From Escherichia coli (GTDB lineage Bacteria > Pseudomonadota > Gammaproteobacteria > Enterobacterales > Enterobacteriaceae), in the NCBI RefSeq assembly GCF_045348745.1, contig NZ_CP162163.1: 32,000 nt of DNA. One strand, written 5' to 3'. Numbering within the stretch: the stretch's first letter is position 1; each line of letters opens with the position of its first letter. The notes beneath the pieces are model-generated. The model saw only the letters and a program-made list of their open reading frames with translations. It was not told where the DNA came from and searched no databases. Of this stretch, positions 1 through 9,123 are shown piece after piece. A program made the translations under genes and the position numbers.

Positions 1-888
1 CTGATCCTTGCGCCAGAGTTTTTCCAGCCATTGCGCGATCTCGGTACGTTTTATCATGCTAAAGCCCAGGCTGTTGGTGCAGCTGACAGTCTGAAAACGT
101 TTATGGAAACCCCGCTCGCCCATCCGCAGCGCGGTGAGGCGGAATTAGCATCGACCGATCCGGTGACCATTGAGGCCGAGGATCTGTTTATCACGTCGCC
201 GGAAGGTAAAACGCTGGCCGGACCGCTGAACTTTACTTTGCCAGCAGGCCAACGTGCAGTGTTGGTTGGTCGCAGCGGTTCAGGTAAAAGCTCACTGCTG
301 AACGCGCTTTCTGGTTTTCTTTCATATCAGGGATCATTACGAATCAACGGGATAGAATTACGCGATTTATCACCAGAATCATGGCGTAAACATCTCTCCT
401 GGGTTGGGCAAAACCCACAATTACCGGCAGCAACATTGCGGGATAACGTACTACTGGCGCGACCTGATGCCAGCGAACAAGAATTACAAGCAGCGCTGGA
501 TAACGCCTGGGTCAGCGAGTTTCTACCGCTCCTGCCACAAGGCGTTGATACGCCTGTTGGCGACCAGGCTGCCCGCCTTTCCGTGGGGCAGGCGCAGCGC
601 GTGGCGGTGGCCCGTGCGTTACTAAATCCCTGCTCGCTATTACTATTGGATGAACCCGCTGCCAGCCTTGATGCTCACAGTGAACAGCGCGTAATGGAGG
701 CGCTGAATGCCGCCTCTCTGCGCCAGACAACGTTAATGGTCACCCACCAGTTAGAAGATCTTGCTGACTGGGATATCATTTGGGTAATGCAGGATGGTCA
801 GATTATTGAGCAAGGACGTTACGCGGAATTAAGTGTGGCTGGTGGCCCATTCGCCAAATTACTGGCCCATCGTCAGGAGGAGATTTAA
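1..888 (+). CDS. cydD: Thiol reductant ABC exporter CydD, C-terminal part (gene truncated by window start)
   Basis: Frame is open from base 1. ABC ATPase motifs GRSGSGKSSLLNAL (Walker A), LSVGQAQRVAVARAL and LLLLDEPAASLD; directly followed by cydC as in E. coli. Confidence 0.95.
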   Translation: MILAPEFFQPLRDLGTFYHAKAQAVGAADSLKTFMETPLAHPQRGEAELASTDPVTIEAEDLFITSPEGKTLAGPLNFTLPAGQRAVLVGRSGSGKSSLLNALSGFLSYQGSLRINGIELRDLSPESWRKHLSWVGQNPQLPAATLRDNVLLARPDASEQELQAALDNAWVSEFLPLLPQGVDTPVGDQAARLSVGQAQRVAVARALLNPCSLLLLDEPAASLDAHSEQRVMEALNAASLRQTTLMVTHQLEDLADWDIIWVMQDGQIIEQGRYAELSVAGGPFAKLLAHRQEEI

Positions 889-2610
889 ATGCGCGCTTTG
901 CTACCCTATCTGGCACTGTATAAACGTCATAAATGGATGTTAAGTCTTGGTATCGTGCTGGCAATTGTCACGCTGCTCGCCAGTATCGGTCTGTTGACAC
1001 TTTCCGGCTGGTTCCTCTCGGCCTCAGCGGTTGCGGGGGTTGCCGGACTGTACAGCTTCAACTATATGCTACCCGCTGCGGGCGTGCGTGGCGCAGCAAT
1101 CACCCGTACTGCCGGGCGTTATTTTGAACGTCTGGTAAGTCACGACGCGACTTTCCGCGTGTTGCAGCATCTGCGCATTTACACCTTCAGCAAATTGCTG
1201 CCCCTCTCCCCTGCCGGACTGGCGCGCTATCGTCAGGGCGAATTGCTCAATCGCGTGGTGGCGGATGTTGATACGCTCGATCATCTTTATCTGCGCGTTA
1301 TCTCGCCGCTGGTGGGCGCTTTTGTGGTGATTATGGTGGTGACAATCGGGTTAAGTTTCCTTGATTTCACCCTCGCCTTTACGCTGGGCGGCATTATGTT
1401 ACTGACGCTTTTCCTGATGCCACCGCTGTTTTATCGTGCGGGAAAAAGCACCGGGCAAAATCTGACTCATCTTCGCGGACAGTATCGCCAACAACTGACG
1501 GCCTGGCTGCAAGGGCAAGCTGAGCTGACCATTTTTGGTGCCAGCGATCGTTATCGCACGCAACTAGAGAATACAGAAATTCAATGGCTGGAAGCGCAAC
1601 GCCGTCAATCTGAACTGACCGCATTGTCGCAAGCGATAATGCTACTCATTGGCGCGTTAGCGGTGATCCTGATGCTGTGGATGGCGTCTGGCGGCGTTGG
1701 CGGCAATGCTCAACCCGGCGCGTTAATTGCCCTGTTTGTCTTCTGCGCGTTAGCCGCGTTTGAAGCACTGGCACCAGTAACGGGTGCATTTCAGCATCTG
1801 GGGCAAGTCATTGCCTCTGCCGTTCGGATCACTGATTTAACGGATCAAAAACCGGAAGTCACCTTCCCTGATACCCAAACTCGTGTTGCCGATCGCGTTT
1901 CGCTGACATTACGGGATGTTCAGTTCACTTATCCGGAGCAATCCCAACAGGCACTTAAAGGGATTTCTCTTCAGGTAAACGCCGGGGAACATATTGCGAT
2001 TCTCGGGCGAACCGGATGCGGCAAATCAACACTGTTACAACTGCTGACCCGCGCTTGGGACCCGCAACAGGGCGAGATTTTGCTTAACGATAGCCCCATA
2101 GCCAGCCTGAATGAAGCGGCTCTACGACAGACCATCAGCGTTGTTCCTCAGCGAGTGCATCTGTTTAGCGCCACGCTGCGTGATAATCTGTTACTCGCCT
2201 CGCCTGGCAGTAGTGATGAGGCTCTGGCGGAGAGCTTGCGTCGCGTTGGCCTGGAGAAGCTGCTCGAGGATGCAGGTCTCAACAGTTGGTTAGGTGAAGG
2301 CGGACGCCAGCTCTCCGGTGGTGAACTGCGCCGTCTGGCTATCGCCCGTGCGCTGTTACATGATGCGCCACTGGTGTTGCTGGATGAACCTACCGAAGGC
2401 TTAGATGCCACAACCGAAAGCCAGATCCTTGAATTGCTTGCAGAAATGATGCGTGAGAAAACGGTGTTAATGGTCACCCATCGACTTCGCGGACTCTCTC
2501 GTTTCCAACAAATAATAGTGATGGACAACGGGCAAATTATTGAGCAAGGTACTCACGCAGAGCTGCTTGCCAGACAGGGGCGTTATTACCAGTTCAAGCA
2601 GGGTTTGTAA
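889..2610 (+). CDS. cydC: Thiol reductant ABC exporter subunit CydC
   Basis: 573 aa ABC transporter with N-terminal TM domain and GRTGCGKSTLLQLL / LSGGELRRLAIARAL motifs; starts right after the cydD stop. Confidence 0.96.
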   Translation: MRALLPYLALYKRHKWMLSLGIVLAIVTLLASIGLLTLSGWFLSASAVAGVAGLYSFNYMLPAAGVRGAAITRTAGRYFERLVSHDATFRVLQHLRIYTFSKLLPLSPAGLARYRQGELLNRVVADVDTLDHLYLRVISPLVGAFVVIMVVTIGLSFLDFTLAFTLGGIMLLTLFLMPPLFYRAGKSTGQNLTHLRGQYRQQLTAWLQGQAELTIFGASDRYRTQLENTEIQWLEAQRRQSELTALSQAIMLLIGALAVILMLWMASGGVGGNAQPGALIALFVFCALAAFEALAPVTGAFQHLGQVIASAVRITDLTDQKPEVTFPDTQTRVADRVSLTLRDVQFTYPEQSQQALKGISLQVNAGEHIAILGRTGCGKSTLLQLLTRAWDPQQGEILLNDSPIASLNEAALRQTISVVPQRVHLFSATLRDNLLLASPGSSDEALAESLRRVGLEKLLEDAGLNSWLGEGGRQLSGGELRRLAIARALLHDAPLVLLDEPTEGLDATTESQILELLAEMMREKTVLMVTHRLRGLSRFQQIIVMDNGQIIEQGTHAELLARQGRYYQFKQGL

Positions 2611-2651
2611 GCTATTATTGAACGATCCGACTTGCGTGGAGTTTTGCGGTC

Positions 2652-3356
2652 ATGCGCCTGGTTCAGCTTTCTCGCCATTCAATAGCCTTCCCTTCCCCGG
2701 AAGGCGCATTACGTGAGCCTAACGGCCTGCTGGCACTTGGGGGCGATCTTAGCCCTGCGCGCCTGTTAATGGCTTACCAGCGTGGTATTTTTCCGTGGTT
2801 TTCTCCAGGCGACCCCATCCTCTGGTGGTCGCCCGATCCCCGCGCGGTGCTATGGCCAGAATCACTGCATATCAGCCGTAGTATGAAGCGATTTCATAAA
2901 CGCTCGCCCTATCGTGTCACGATGAATTACGCTTTTGGTCAGGTCATTGAAGGCTGTGCCAGCGATCGCGAAGAAGGAACCTGGATCACGCGTGGCGTGG
3001 TCGAAGCCTACCATCGCCTTCACGAACTCGGCCATGCCCACTCCATTGAAGTCTGGCGTGAAGATGAGCTTGTCGGCGGTATGTACGGCGTGGCCCAGGG
3101 AACGCTATTTTGTGGCGAGTCCATGTTCAGCCGGATGGAAAATGCGTCTAAAACGGCGCTTCTGGTATTCTGTGAGGAATTTATCGGTCATGGCGGTAAG
3201 CTTATCGACTGCCAGGTCCTTAACGATCACACAGCATCGCTTGGTGCCTGCGAAATTCCCCGCCGGGATTACCTTAATTATCTCAATCAAATGCGCCTCG
3301 GACGATTGCCGAATAATTTCTGGGTACCACGATGCTTGTTTTCACCACAAGAATGA
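2652..3356 (+). CDS. aat: Leucyl/phenylalanyl-tRNA--protein transferase
   Basis: 234 aa; GILFPWF-type region [23 protein letters not shown] and [19 protein letters not shown]; position between cydC and infA. Confidence 0.96.
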
Positions 3357-3637
3357 ATGTTTTCGGCACATTTCTCCCCAGAGTGTTATAATTGCGGTCG
3401 CAGAGTTGGTTACGCTCATTACCCCGCTGCCGATAAGGAATTTTTCGCGTCAGGTAACGCCCATCGTTTATCTCACCGCTCCCTTATACGTTGCGCTTTT
3501 GGTGCGGCTTAGCCGTGTGTTTTCGGAGTAATGTGCCGAACCTGTTTGTTGCGATTTAGCGCGCAAATCTTTACTTATTTACAGAACTTCGGCATTATCT
3601 TGCCGGTTCAAATTACGGTAGTGATACCCCAGAGGAT

Positions 3638-3859
<222 letters not shown>

Positions 3860-3898
3860 TTGTTTTACCGCCTGATGGGCGAAGAGAAAGAACGAGTA

Positions 3899-3926
3899 AA
3901 AGGTCGGTTTAACCGGCCTTTTTATT
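3899..3926 (+). terminator. Rho-independent terminator downstream of infA
   Basis: GGTCGGTTTAACCGGCC stem followed by TTTTTATTTT. Confidence 0.8.
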
Positions 3927-4112
3927 TTGTGATATGTATGAAGTACTTTGGAAGTATAAGTCCGTAACTTGTCTCGATGTAGATATACTGCACAACTTGT
4001 TTACAGTATGAGCAAACAATAATTATCATTAAAATTCTTCTTGACCGTTTTACTCCAACTCCCTATAGTAGCGCCCCGTTGCCACCCATGAGGTTTGGTA
4101 GCAAAACAATTT

Positions 4113-4200
4113 GGTGAGGTGTCCGAGTGGCTGAAGGAGCACGCCTGGAAAGTGTGTATACGGCAACGTATCGGGGGTTCGAATCCCCCCCTCACCGCCA
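4113..4200 (+). tRNA. serW: tRNA-Ser (GGA anticodon), 88 nt with encoded CCA
   Basis: GGTGAGGTGTCCGAGTGGCTGAAGGAGCACGCCTGGAAAGTGTG...GGTTCGAATCCCCCCCTCACCGCCA; class II variable arm, GGTTCGAATCC T-loop, matching acceptor stem. Confidence 0.96.
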
Positions 4201-4213
4201 TATTTAAAGAAGA

Positions 4214-4240
4214 GCTCGTACGAAAGTGCGAGCTTTTTTT
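4214..4240 (+). terminator. Rho-independent terminator downstream of serW
   Basis: AGCTCG...CGAGCT hairpin followed by a run of T. Confidence 0.75.
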
Positions 4241-4243
4241 TCG

Positions 4244-4331
4244 CATTTTATCTGTCTGTACGGCAGTGAACGCGTTCGCAAAGGTTTTACCGCACCCCGT
4301 CGATTTCTAAGCTGCCTGTACGGCAGTGAAC
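4244..4331. CRISPR. Orphan one-spacer type I-F CRISPR remnant (degenerate repeat, 32-bp spacer, intact 28-bp repeat)
   Basis: TTTCTAAGCTGCCTGTACGGCAGTGAAC at 4304-4331 is the I-F repeat in reverse complement (GTTCACTGCCGTACAGGCAGCTTAGAAA). A degenerate copy at 4244-4271 shares CTGTACGGCAGTGAAC. Between them is exactly 32 bp, GCGTTCGCAAAGGTTTTACCGCACCCCGTCGA. No cas genes in the window. Confidence 0.85.
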
Positions 4332-4483
4332 TCAAATACTACACGTTTAGCCCGTTGTTAATAAAGCAAAACCATCCCATTCTCCTGCAGCACCCTTTTT
4401 TATCCTTACCTTCCCGCAGCACTAATTATCAACAACTTACCATCATCATTAAAAAAAGGGTCTGAACCTCCTCCACCCCATAA

Positions 4484-4520
4484 ATAAAAAGTCCGTAACC
4501 CCTGACGAGATTACGGACTT
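4484..4520 (-). terminator. Rho-independent terminator downstream of clpA
   Basis: Perfect 10-bp stem AAGTCCGTAA (4489-4498)/TTACGGACTT (4511-4520); T-tract on the minus strand. Confidence 0.8.
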
Positions 4521-4543
4521 CACCAACCTACCTGACAATCAGA

Positions 4544-6820
4544 TTAATGCGCTGCTTCCGCCTTGTGCTTTTGTGCACTCTGGAATCCGTAAGTCAGCTC
4601 ATTTTTCTCTTTATCCAGCGCGACGGTGACCTGACCGCCGTCCACCAGCGAACCAAACAGCAGTTCGTTGGCGAGCGGTTTTTTCAGGTTGTCCTGGATG
4701 ACACGCGCCATCGGACGTGCGCCCATTGCCCGGTCGTAACCTTTCTCGGCCAGCCAGTTACGCGCTTCCTGGCTCACTTCAAGAGAAACACCTTTCTGAT
4801 CCAGCTGAACCTGCAACTCGACGATGAATTTATCCACCACCTGATGGATCACGTCAGTTGACAGATGATCGAACCAGATAATGTTGTCGAGACGGTTACG
4901 GAATTCCGGTGTAAAGATCTTCTTGATCTCTTCCATCGCATCGGTGCTGTTATCCTGGTGGATAAGACCAATGGATTTACGCTCAGTTTCACGTACCCCG
5001 GCGTTGGTGGTCATCACCAGCACCACGTTACGGAAGTCCGCTTTGCGTCCGTTGTTATCGGTCAGCGTACCGTTGTCCATCACCTGCAACAGAATATTGA
5101 ACACGTCCGGATGCGCTTTCTCGATTTCGTCCAGCAACAGCACCGCATGTGGATGCTTGATGACCGCATCAGTCAGCAAACCTCCCTGATCAAAACCAAC
5201 GTATCCCGGAGGCGCACCAATCAGACGGCTGACGGTATGGCGTTCCATATACTCGGACATATCAAAGCGCAGCAGCTCAATGCCCAACGCTTTCGAAAGC
5301 TGTACCGTCACCTCTGTTTTCCCGACCCCGGTAGGGCCGGCAAACAGGAACGAACCAACCGGTTTATGTTCGTGACCTAAACCTGCACGCGCCATCTTAA
5401 TGGCTTCAGTCAGCGCCTCAATGGCTTTATCCTGACCGAAGACCAGCATTTTCAGGCGATCGCCGAGGTTTTTCAGGGTATCGCGGTCACTCTGAGAAAC
5501 ACTCTTCTCTGGAATGCGCGCAATACGGGCCACCACGGACTCAATATCCGCCACATTAACGGTTTTCTTGCGTTTGCTTACCGGCATCAGGCGTGCGCGA
5601 GCGCCCGCTTCGTCGATAACGTCAATGGCTTTATCCGGCAGATGACGATCGTTAATGTATTTCACCGCCAGCTCTACCGCTGCACGCACCGCTTTTGCGG
5701 TATAACGCACGTCGTGGTGCGCTTCATACTTCGGTTTCAGGCCATTGATGATTTGAACAGTTTCTTCGATCGACGGTTCAGTAATATCAATTTTCTGGAA
5801 GCGACGCGCCAGAGCACGGTCTTTCTCGAAAATGTTGCTGAACTCCTGATAGGTTGTCGAACCAATTACGCGAATTTTACCGCTGGAGAGCAACGGTTTG
5901 ATCAGGTTAGCCGCATCGACCTGGCCACCAGACGCTGCACCCGCACCGATAATGGTGTGGATCTCATCAATAAACAGGATGCTGTTAGTGTCCTGCTCCA
6001 GCTGCTTGAGCAACGCTTTAAAACGTTTTTCAAAGTCGCCGCGATATTTAGTGCCCGCTAACAGAGAACCGATATCGAGAGAGTAAATCGTACAGTCAGC
6101 CATCACTTCCGGCACATCGCCCTGAACAATTCGCCAGGCAAGACCTTCCGCAATCGCGGTTTTACCGACACCAGATTCCCCCACCAGCAGCGGGTTGTTT
6201 TTACGGCGACGGCAGAGAACCTGAATAGCACGCTCCAGCTCCTTCTCACGACCAATCAGTGGGTCGATTCCGCCCACGCGCGCAAGCTGATTCAGGTTCG
6301 TCGTGAAATTCTCCATACGTTCCTCCCCACCAGCTTGTTCTTCGCTGTTTGGCTGGCTGCCAGGATCAGAAGACTGTGTCGGCTCGTCTTTACGCGTGCC
6401 ATGAGAGATAAAGTTCACCACATCGAGACGGCTGACTTCATGTTTACGCAACAGATATGCCGCCTGCGACTCCTGTTCGCTAAAGATAGCGACCAGAACG
6501 TTTGCACCGGTTACCTCATTGCGACCGGAGGACTGGACATGGAAGACCGCACGTTGCAGTACACGCTGAAAACTCAGCGTCGGCTGTGTGTCGCGCTCCT
6601 CTTCACTGGCAGGCAGAACGGGTGTGGTTTGTTCAATAAAGGCTTCCAGTTCCTGACGGAGCGCAACCAAATCCACAGAACACGCTTCCAGCGCCTCCCG
6701 GGCAGATGGGTTACTGAGCAGCGCCAGTAACAAGTGCTCGACGGTCATAAACTCATGACGGTGCTCGCGCGCTCTGGCGAAAGCCATATTTAAACTGAGT
6801 TCCAGTTCTTGATTGAGCAT
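4544..6820 (-). CDS. clpA: ATP-dependent Clp protease ATP-binding subunit ClpA
   Basis: 758 aa from [35 protein letters not shown]; two AAA+ modules ([23 protein letters not shown]). The supplied ORF begins 5 codons upstream. Confidence 0.98.
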   Translation of the reverse strand: MLNQELELSLNMAFARAREHRHEFMTVEHLLLALLSNPSAREALEACSVDLVALRQELEAFIEQTTPVLPASEEERDTQPTLSFQRVLQRAVFHVQSSGRNEVTGANVLVAIFSEQESQAAYLLRKHEVSRLDVVNFISHGTRKDEPTQSSDPGSQPNSEEQAGGEERMENFTTNLNQLARVGGIDPLIGREKELERAIQVLCRRRKNNPLLVGESGVGKTAIAEGLAWRIVQGDVPEVMADCTIYSLDIGSLLAGTKYRGDFEKRFKALLKQLEQDTNSILFIDEIHTIIGAGAASGGQVDAANLIKPLLSSGKIRVIGSTTYQEFSNIFEKDRALARRFQKIDITEPSIEETVQIINGLKPKYEAHHDVRYTAKAVRAAVELAVKYINDRHLPDKAIDVIDEAGARARLMPVSKRKKTVNVADIESVVARIARIPEKSVSQSDRDTLKNLGDRLKMLVFGQDKAIEALTEAIKMARAGLGHEHKPVGSFLFAGPTGVGKTEVTVQLSKALGIELLRFDMSEYMERHTVSRLIGAPPGYVGFDQGGLLTDAVIKHPHAVLLLDEIEKAHPDVFNILLQVMDNGTLTDNNGRKADFRNVVLVMTTNAGVRETERKSIGLIHQDNSTDAMEEIKKIFTPEFRNRLDNIIWFDHLSTDVIHQVVDKFIVELQVQLDQKGVSLEVSQEARNWLAEKGYDRAMGARPMARVIQDNLKKPLANELLFGSLVDGGQVTVALDKEKNELTYGFQSAQKHKAEAAH

Positions 6821-6850
6821 AGGCACCTCCCCCAATTTTTATGCCTGCAT

Positions 6851-7171
6851 TCAGGCTTTTTCTAGCGTACACAGCAATGGATGCTCATTCTCCCTCGCGT
6901 ACTTGTTCACCATCGCCACTTTGGTTTCTGCAACCTCGGCGGTAAAGACTCCGCAAATGGCCTTCCCCTGGTAGTGAACAGCGAGCATCAATTGCGTTGC
7001 ACGTTCTACATCATAAGAAAAGAATTTTTGTAACACGTCAATAACAAACTCCATCGGAGTGTAATCATCATTGACTAATATCACTTTATACATAGATGGC
7101 GGTTTTAGCGCGTCGCGAACTTTTTCTTCCGCCAGTTGATCAAAGTCCAGCCAGTCGTTCGTTTTACCCAT
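6851..7171 (-). CDS. clpS: ATP-dependent Clp protease adaptor ClpS
   Basis: 106 aa [51 protein letters not shown]..., canonical ClpS. Confidence 0.98.
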
Positions 7172-7257
7172 TGTCAGTTATCATCTTCGGTTACGGTTAT
7201 CGGCAGAACGCCCTGCCGCTGACAAGAGCTTATTTGCCTGACCAATCTACTCCACAT

Positions 7258-7279
7258 GATAGATAACTATCATTTATAG
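7258..7279 (+). repeat. Candidate left attachment core (attL)
   Basis: GATAGATAACTATCATTTATAG, matched 19/22 by GATAAATAACTATCATCTATCG at 17871-17892 on the same strand. Confidence 0.5.
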
Positions 7280-7342
7280 CATTTTGTTAATTAGTCTTTG
7301 TTTTTTATTGCGTTGCAAATGATAAGCTCGTCAAAAACAGCG

Positions 7343-7369
7343 AAATTAACTACACCATTAACTACACCG
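7343..7369 (+). repeat. Terminal 27-bp direct repeat, left copy (candidate core or arm-type integrase site)
   Basis: AAATTAACTACACCATTAACTACACCG; 26/27 identical to 17724-17750. Confidence 0.7.
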
Positions 7370-7519
7370 CTTTACGAACAATATCGAACAACCACGAACA
7401 AAGATCAACACGCTTTAACCGTTATGACTCCCTGTTATCTGTCATCAAGCTGGTGGATGATCACAGATAAACCGATACCGAGATCCCGGCATCGGCATCA
7501 TGCCCACCAGCGTGATTAG

Positions 7520-7870
7520 TTACCTAGTTACTGGCGGGAGGCTGACGACCCCGATACCAGGATGTGCAAAACTAGTGAGCCCTTTTTTATCCTCAACTGG
7601 CCCAAAATTCGCTTTTTTTGCCTGCCGTGAGATGTGGAATTTTTGACTGCTCCAGCAATGGCGCGGCTTCCGTGATTTTTTAATATAGGTTTTATCTATC
7701 AATTCCGTGCGCACCTGAAACAAAAAAGTTTTCGAACCTGCGGCGATGTGAGGAAGGGTCAGGCGGCGGTCCTGACAGGCATCACCTCCAGAGATTTTAC
7801 CCGCCCCCTCCCTGTGCATGGGCACGATAAAATAACCATTCAGCCAACGCCCCTGACCAGAATTTCTCAC
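7520..7870 (-). CDS. Hypothetical 116 aa ORF at the distal end of the element
   Basis: Open reading frame only; no family recognised. Confidence 0.3.
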   Translation of the reverse strand: MRNSGQGRWLNGYFIVPMHREGAGKISGGDACQDRRLTLPHIAAGSKTFLFQVRTELIDKTYIKKSRKPRHCWSSQKFHISRQAKKANFGPVEDKKGLTSFAHPGIGVVSLPPVTR

Positions 7871-7948
7871 TAAAAAATGACGCTGGCCACCTCATACGGA
7901 AAGCACAAAATCACGTCGATTTTTAATGGATGGTTAAACCGTCTTTTT

Positions 7949-7983
7949 GTCACGGCGTGTCACTGGTTGTCACCCTCCGTCAC
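7949..7983. promoter_or_regulatory. Four GTCAC motifs at exact 10-bp spacing
   Basis: GTCAC at 7949, 7959, 7969 and 7979: TGTCACGGCG TGTCACTGGT TGTCACCCTC CGTCACGCTG. Confidence 0.6.
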
Positions 7984-8096
7984 GCTGTCCGGCCTCCTCA
8001 AATTGAGGTTTCCGAAACAATCAATGGGTTAGGCCATCGTGCAAATTTGCACTCTGCCAGCCAACGCAATTTTACGTTATCGGGAATATCTGCAAG

Positions 8097-8384
8097 TTAC
8101 CGCCGCAACCGTTCCGGCTTCTTCCACTGATAAGTATTTTTCGCGCTCTCCCTCCGTTGTTGAGAACGGCGACGGTATGCCAGCAACTCAAGGACTCTGG
8201 TTCGTATGTTGCGCATATCCACGCCGTTAAGCTCAATACCGTCACGGCGCATCACCTCAGCCACCACACGCGCGTAATTTTCAGTGGTGACTGTATCCGG
8301 CTGCGCGGCCTGTTCGTCAGCCAACTGGCTAATTCCACCAGCACAGCGGATTAATCGCAGTATTTCAGATTCGGTCATTATCAT
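8097..8384 (-). CDS. Hypothetical small protein immediately after the TerS-like gene
   Basis: 95 aa ORF whose start overlaps the stop of the upstream gene (ends at 8381), consistent with translational coupling. Confidence 0.55.
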   Translation of the reverse strand: MIMTESEILRLIRCAGGISQLADEQAAQPDTVTTENYARVVAEVMRRDGIELNGVDMRNIRTRVLELLAYRRRSQQRRESAKNTYQWKKPERLRR

Positions 8385-8866
8385 GCCTGTTTTGCGACCT
8401 CATTCACTACGTCATTTTTTACCATCCGGCTGATAATCTGATTACACAAATCGTCAATAATTGACTGCACTCTGTTTACTGCCATCGGTTTAAGCCCAGC
8501 ATCACGTGCCAGAATACTGGGGAGTTTTTCCAGTTCCTCGCTTACGATTTCTCCCCATATAGCCATCTCTTTTCGCACATCATCGGCGGGTATGAGTTGC
8601 GCCGTTTCCTGTTCGAACCTGAGGCGCTCACGTTCGGACTGATACCAGGCCTTACGGTCGTGTGGCTCCATTTCTTCCAGTGATGCCGGAACGGGAAGAT
8701 CAAGAAAACAGGTCAGAATGTCAGTCACCCGATAGAGTTTCAGCTTATCATGTCCTCCGGCTGGCTGGATGTTTTTCAGCCTTGCCGCCGCAGTCTGACG
8801 ACATATTCCCGCTATCGCCGCCAGTTGGTTAATGTTCAGCATCAGATTTTTCAGTTCTCGATCCAT
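8381..8866 (-). CDS. DUF1441-like / phage terminase small-subunit-like DNA-packaging protein
   Basis: MDRELKNLMLNINQLAAIAGICRQTAAARLKNIQPAGGHDKLKLYRVTDILTC...: N-terminal winged-HTH-like segment as in Nu1/DUF1441 proteins. The internal ATG at 8866 has a GGAG Shine-Dalgarno, so the supplied 190 aa ORF is probably overextended. Confidence 0.65.
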   Translation of the reverse strand: MDRELKNLMLNINQLAAIAGICRQTAAARLKNIQPAGGHDKLKLYRVTDILTCFLDLPVPASLEEMEPHDRKAWYQSERERLRFEQETAQLIPADDVRKEMAIWGEIVSEELEKLPSILARDAGLKPMAVNRVQSIIDDLCNQIISRMVKNDVVNEVAKQA

Positions 8867-9022
8867 ACCCGCTCCAGAATGTTTTAAACATGCATCTTGC
8901 GAACAACTTTCAGAAGAGGTCAAAAAATGCGCTATATGTTGAGCATAAAACAAGCAAAATTAACATATCAAAAATAAAAACACTTAAAATTCAATACCAT
9001 AGAAAGATGATGATGACGAATA

Positions 9023-9092
9023 AAAATGCAAAAACTAGCCTTTTTCCGCGACGCTCCCGCCCCGTGGCAGGTCACTACACCGGGAGGACCCG
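9023..9092. repeat. 70-bp direct repeat, copy A
   Basis: AAAATGCAAAAACTAGCCTTTTTCCGCGACGCTCCCGCCCCGTGGCAGGTCACTACACCGGGAGGACCCG; 68/70 identical to 11559-11628. Confidence 0.95.
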
Positions 9093-9093
9093 C

Positions 9094-9116
9094 AAAAAAA
9101 GGCGGCTATCGCCGCC
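9094..9116 (-). terminator. Rho-independent terminator downstream of the capsid fusion gene
   Basis: Minus strand reads GGCGGCGATAGCCGCC followed by TTTTTTTG. Confidence 0.8.
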
Positions 9117-9123
9117 CTTGTTG

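Noticed and set aside
4865-5380. 171 aa plus-strand ORF antisense to clpA (and similar ones at 5642-6061 and 6335-6730)
   Set aside because: Shadow ORFs of high-GC3 clpA coding sequence; no independent gene evidence.
7870-8100. Possible large terminase remnant downstream of the TerS-like gene
   Set aside because: No ORF of suitable length and no recognisable TerL ATPase or nuclease motifs in either strand; I could not support a remnant by eye.
9023-9092. P2/P4-type late promoter with Ogr/Delta site (TGT-N12-ACA) in the 70-bp repeat
   Set aside because: The closest match has wrong spacing and sequence (TGTAGTGACCTGCCACG), so I do not claim an Ogr-type site.
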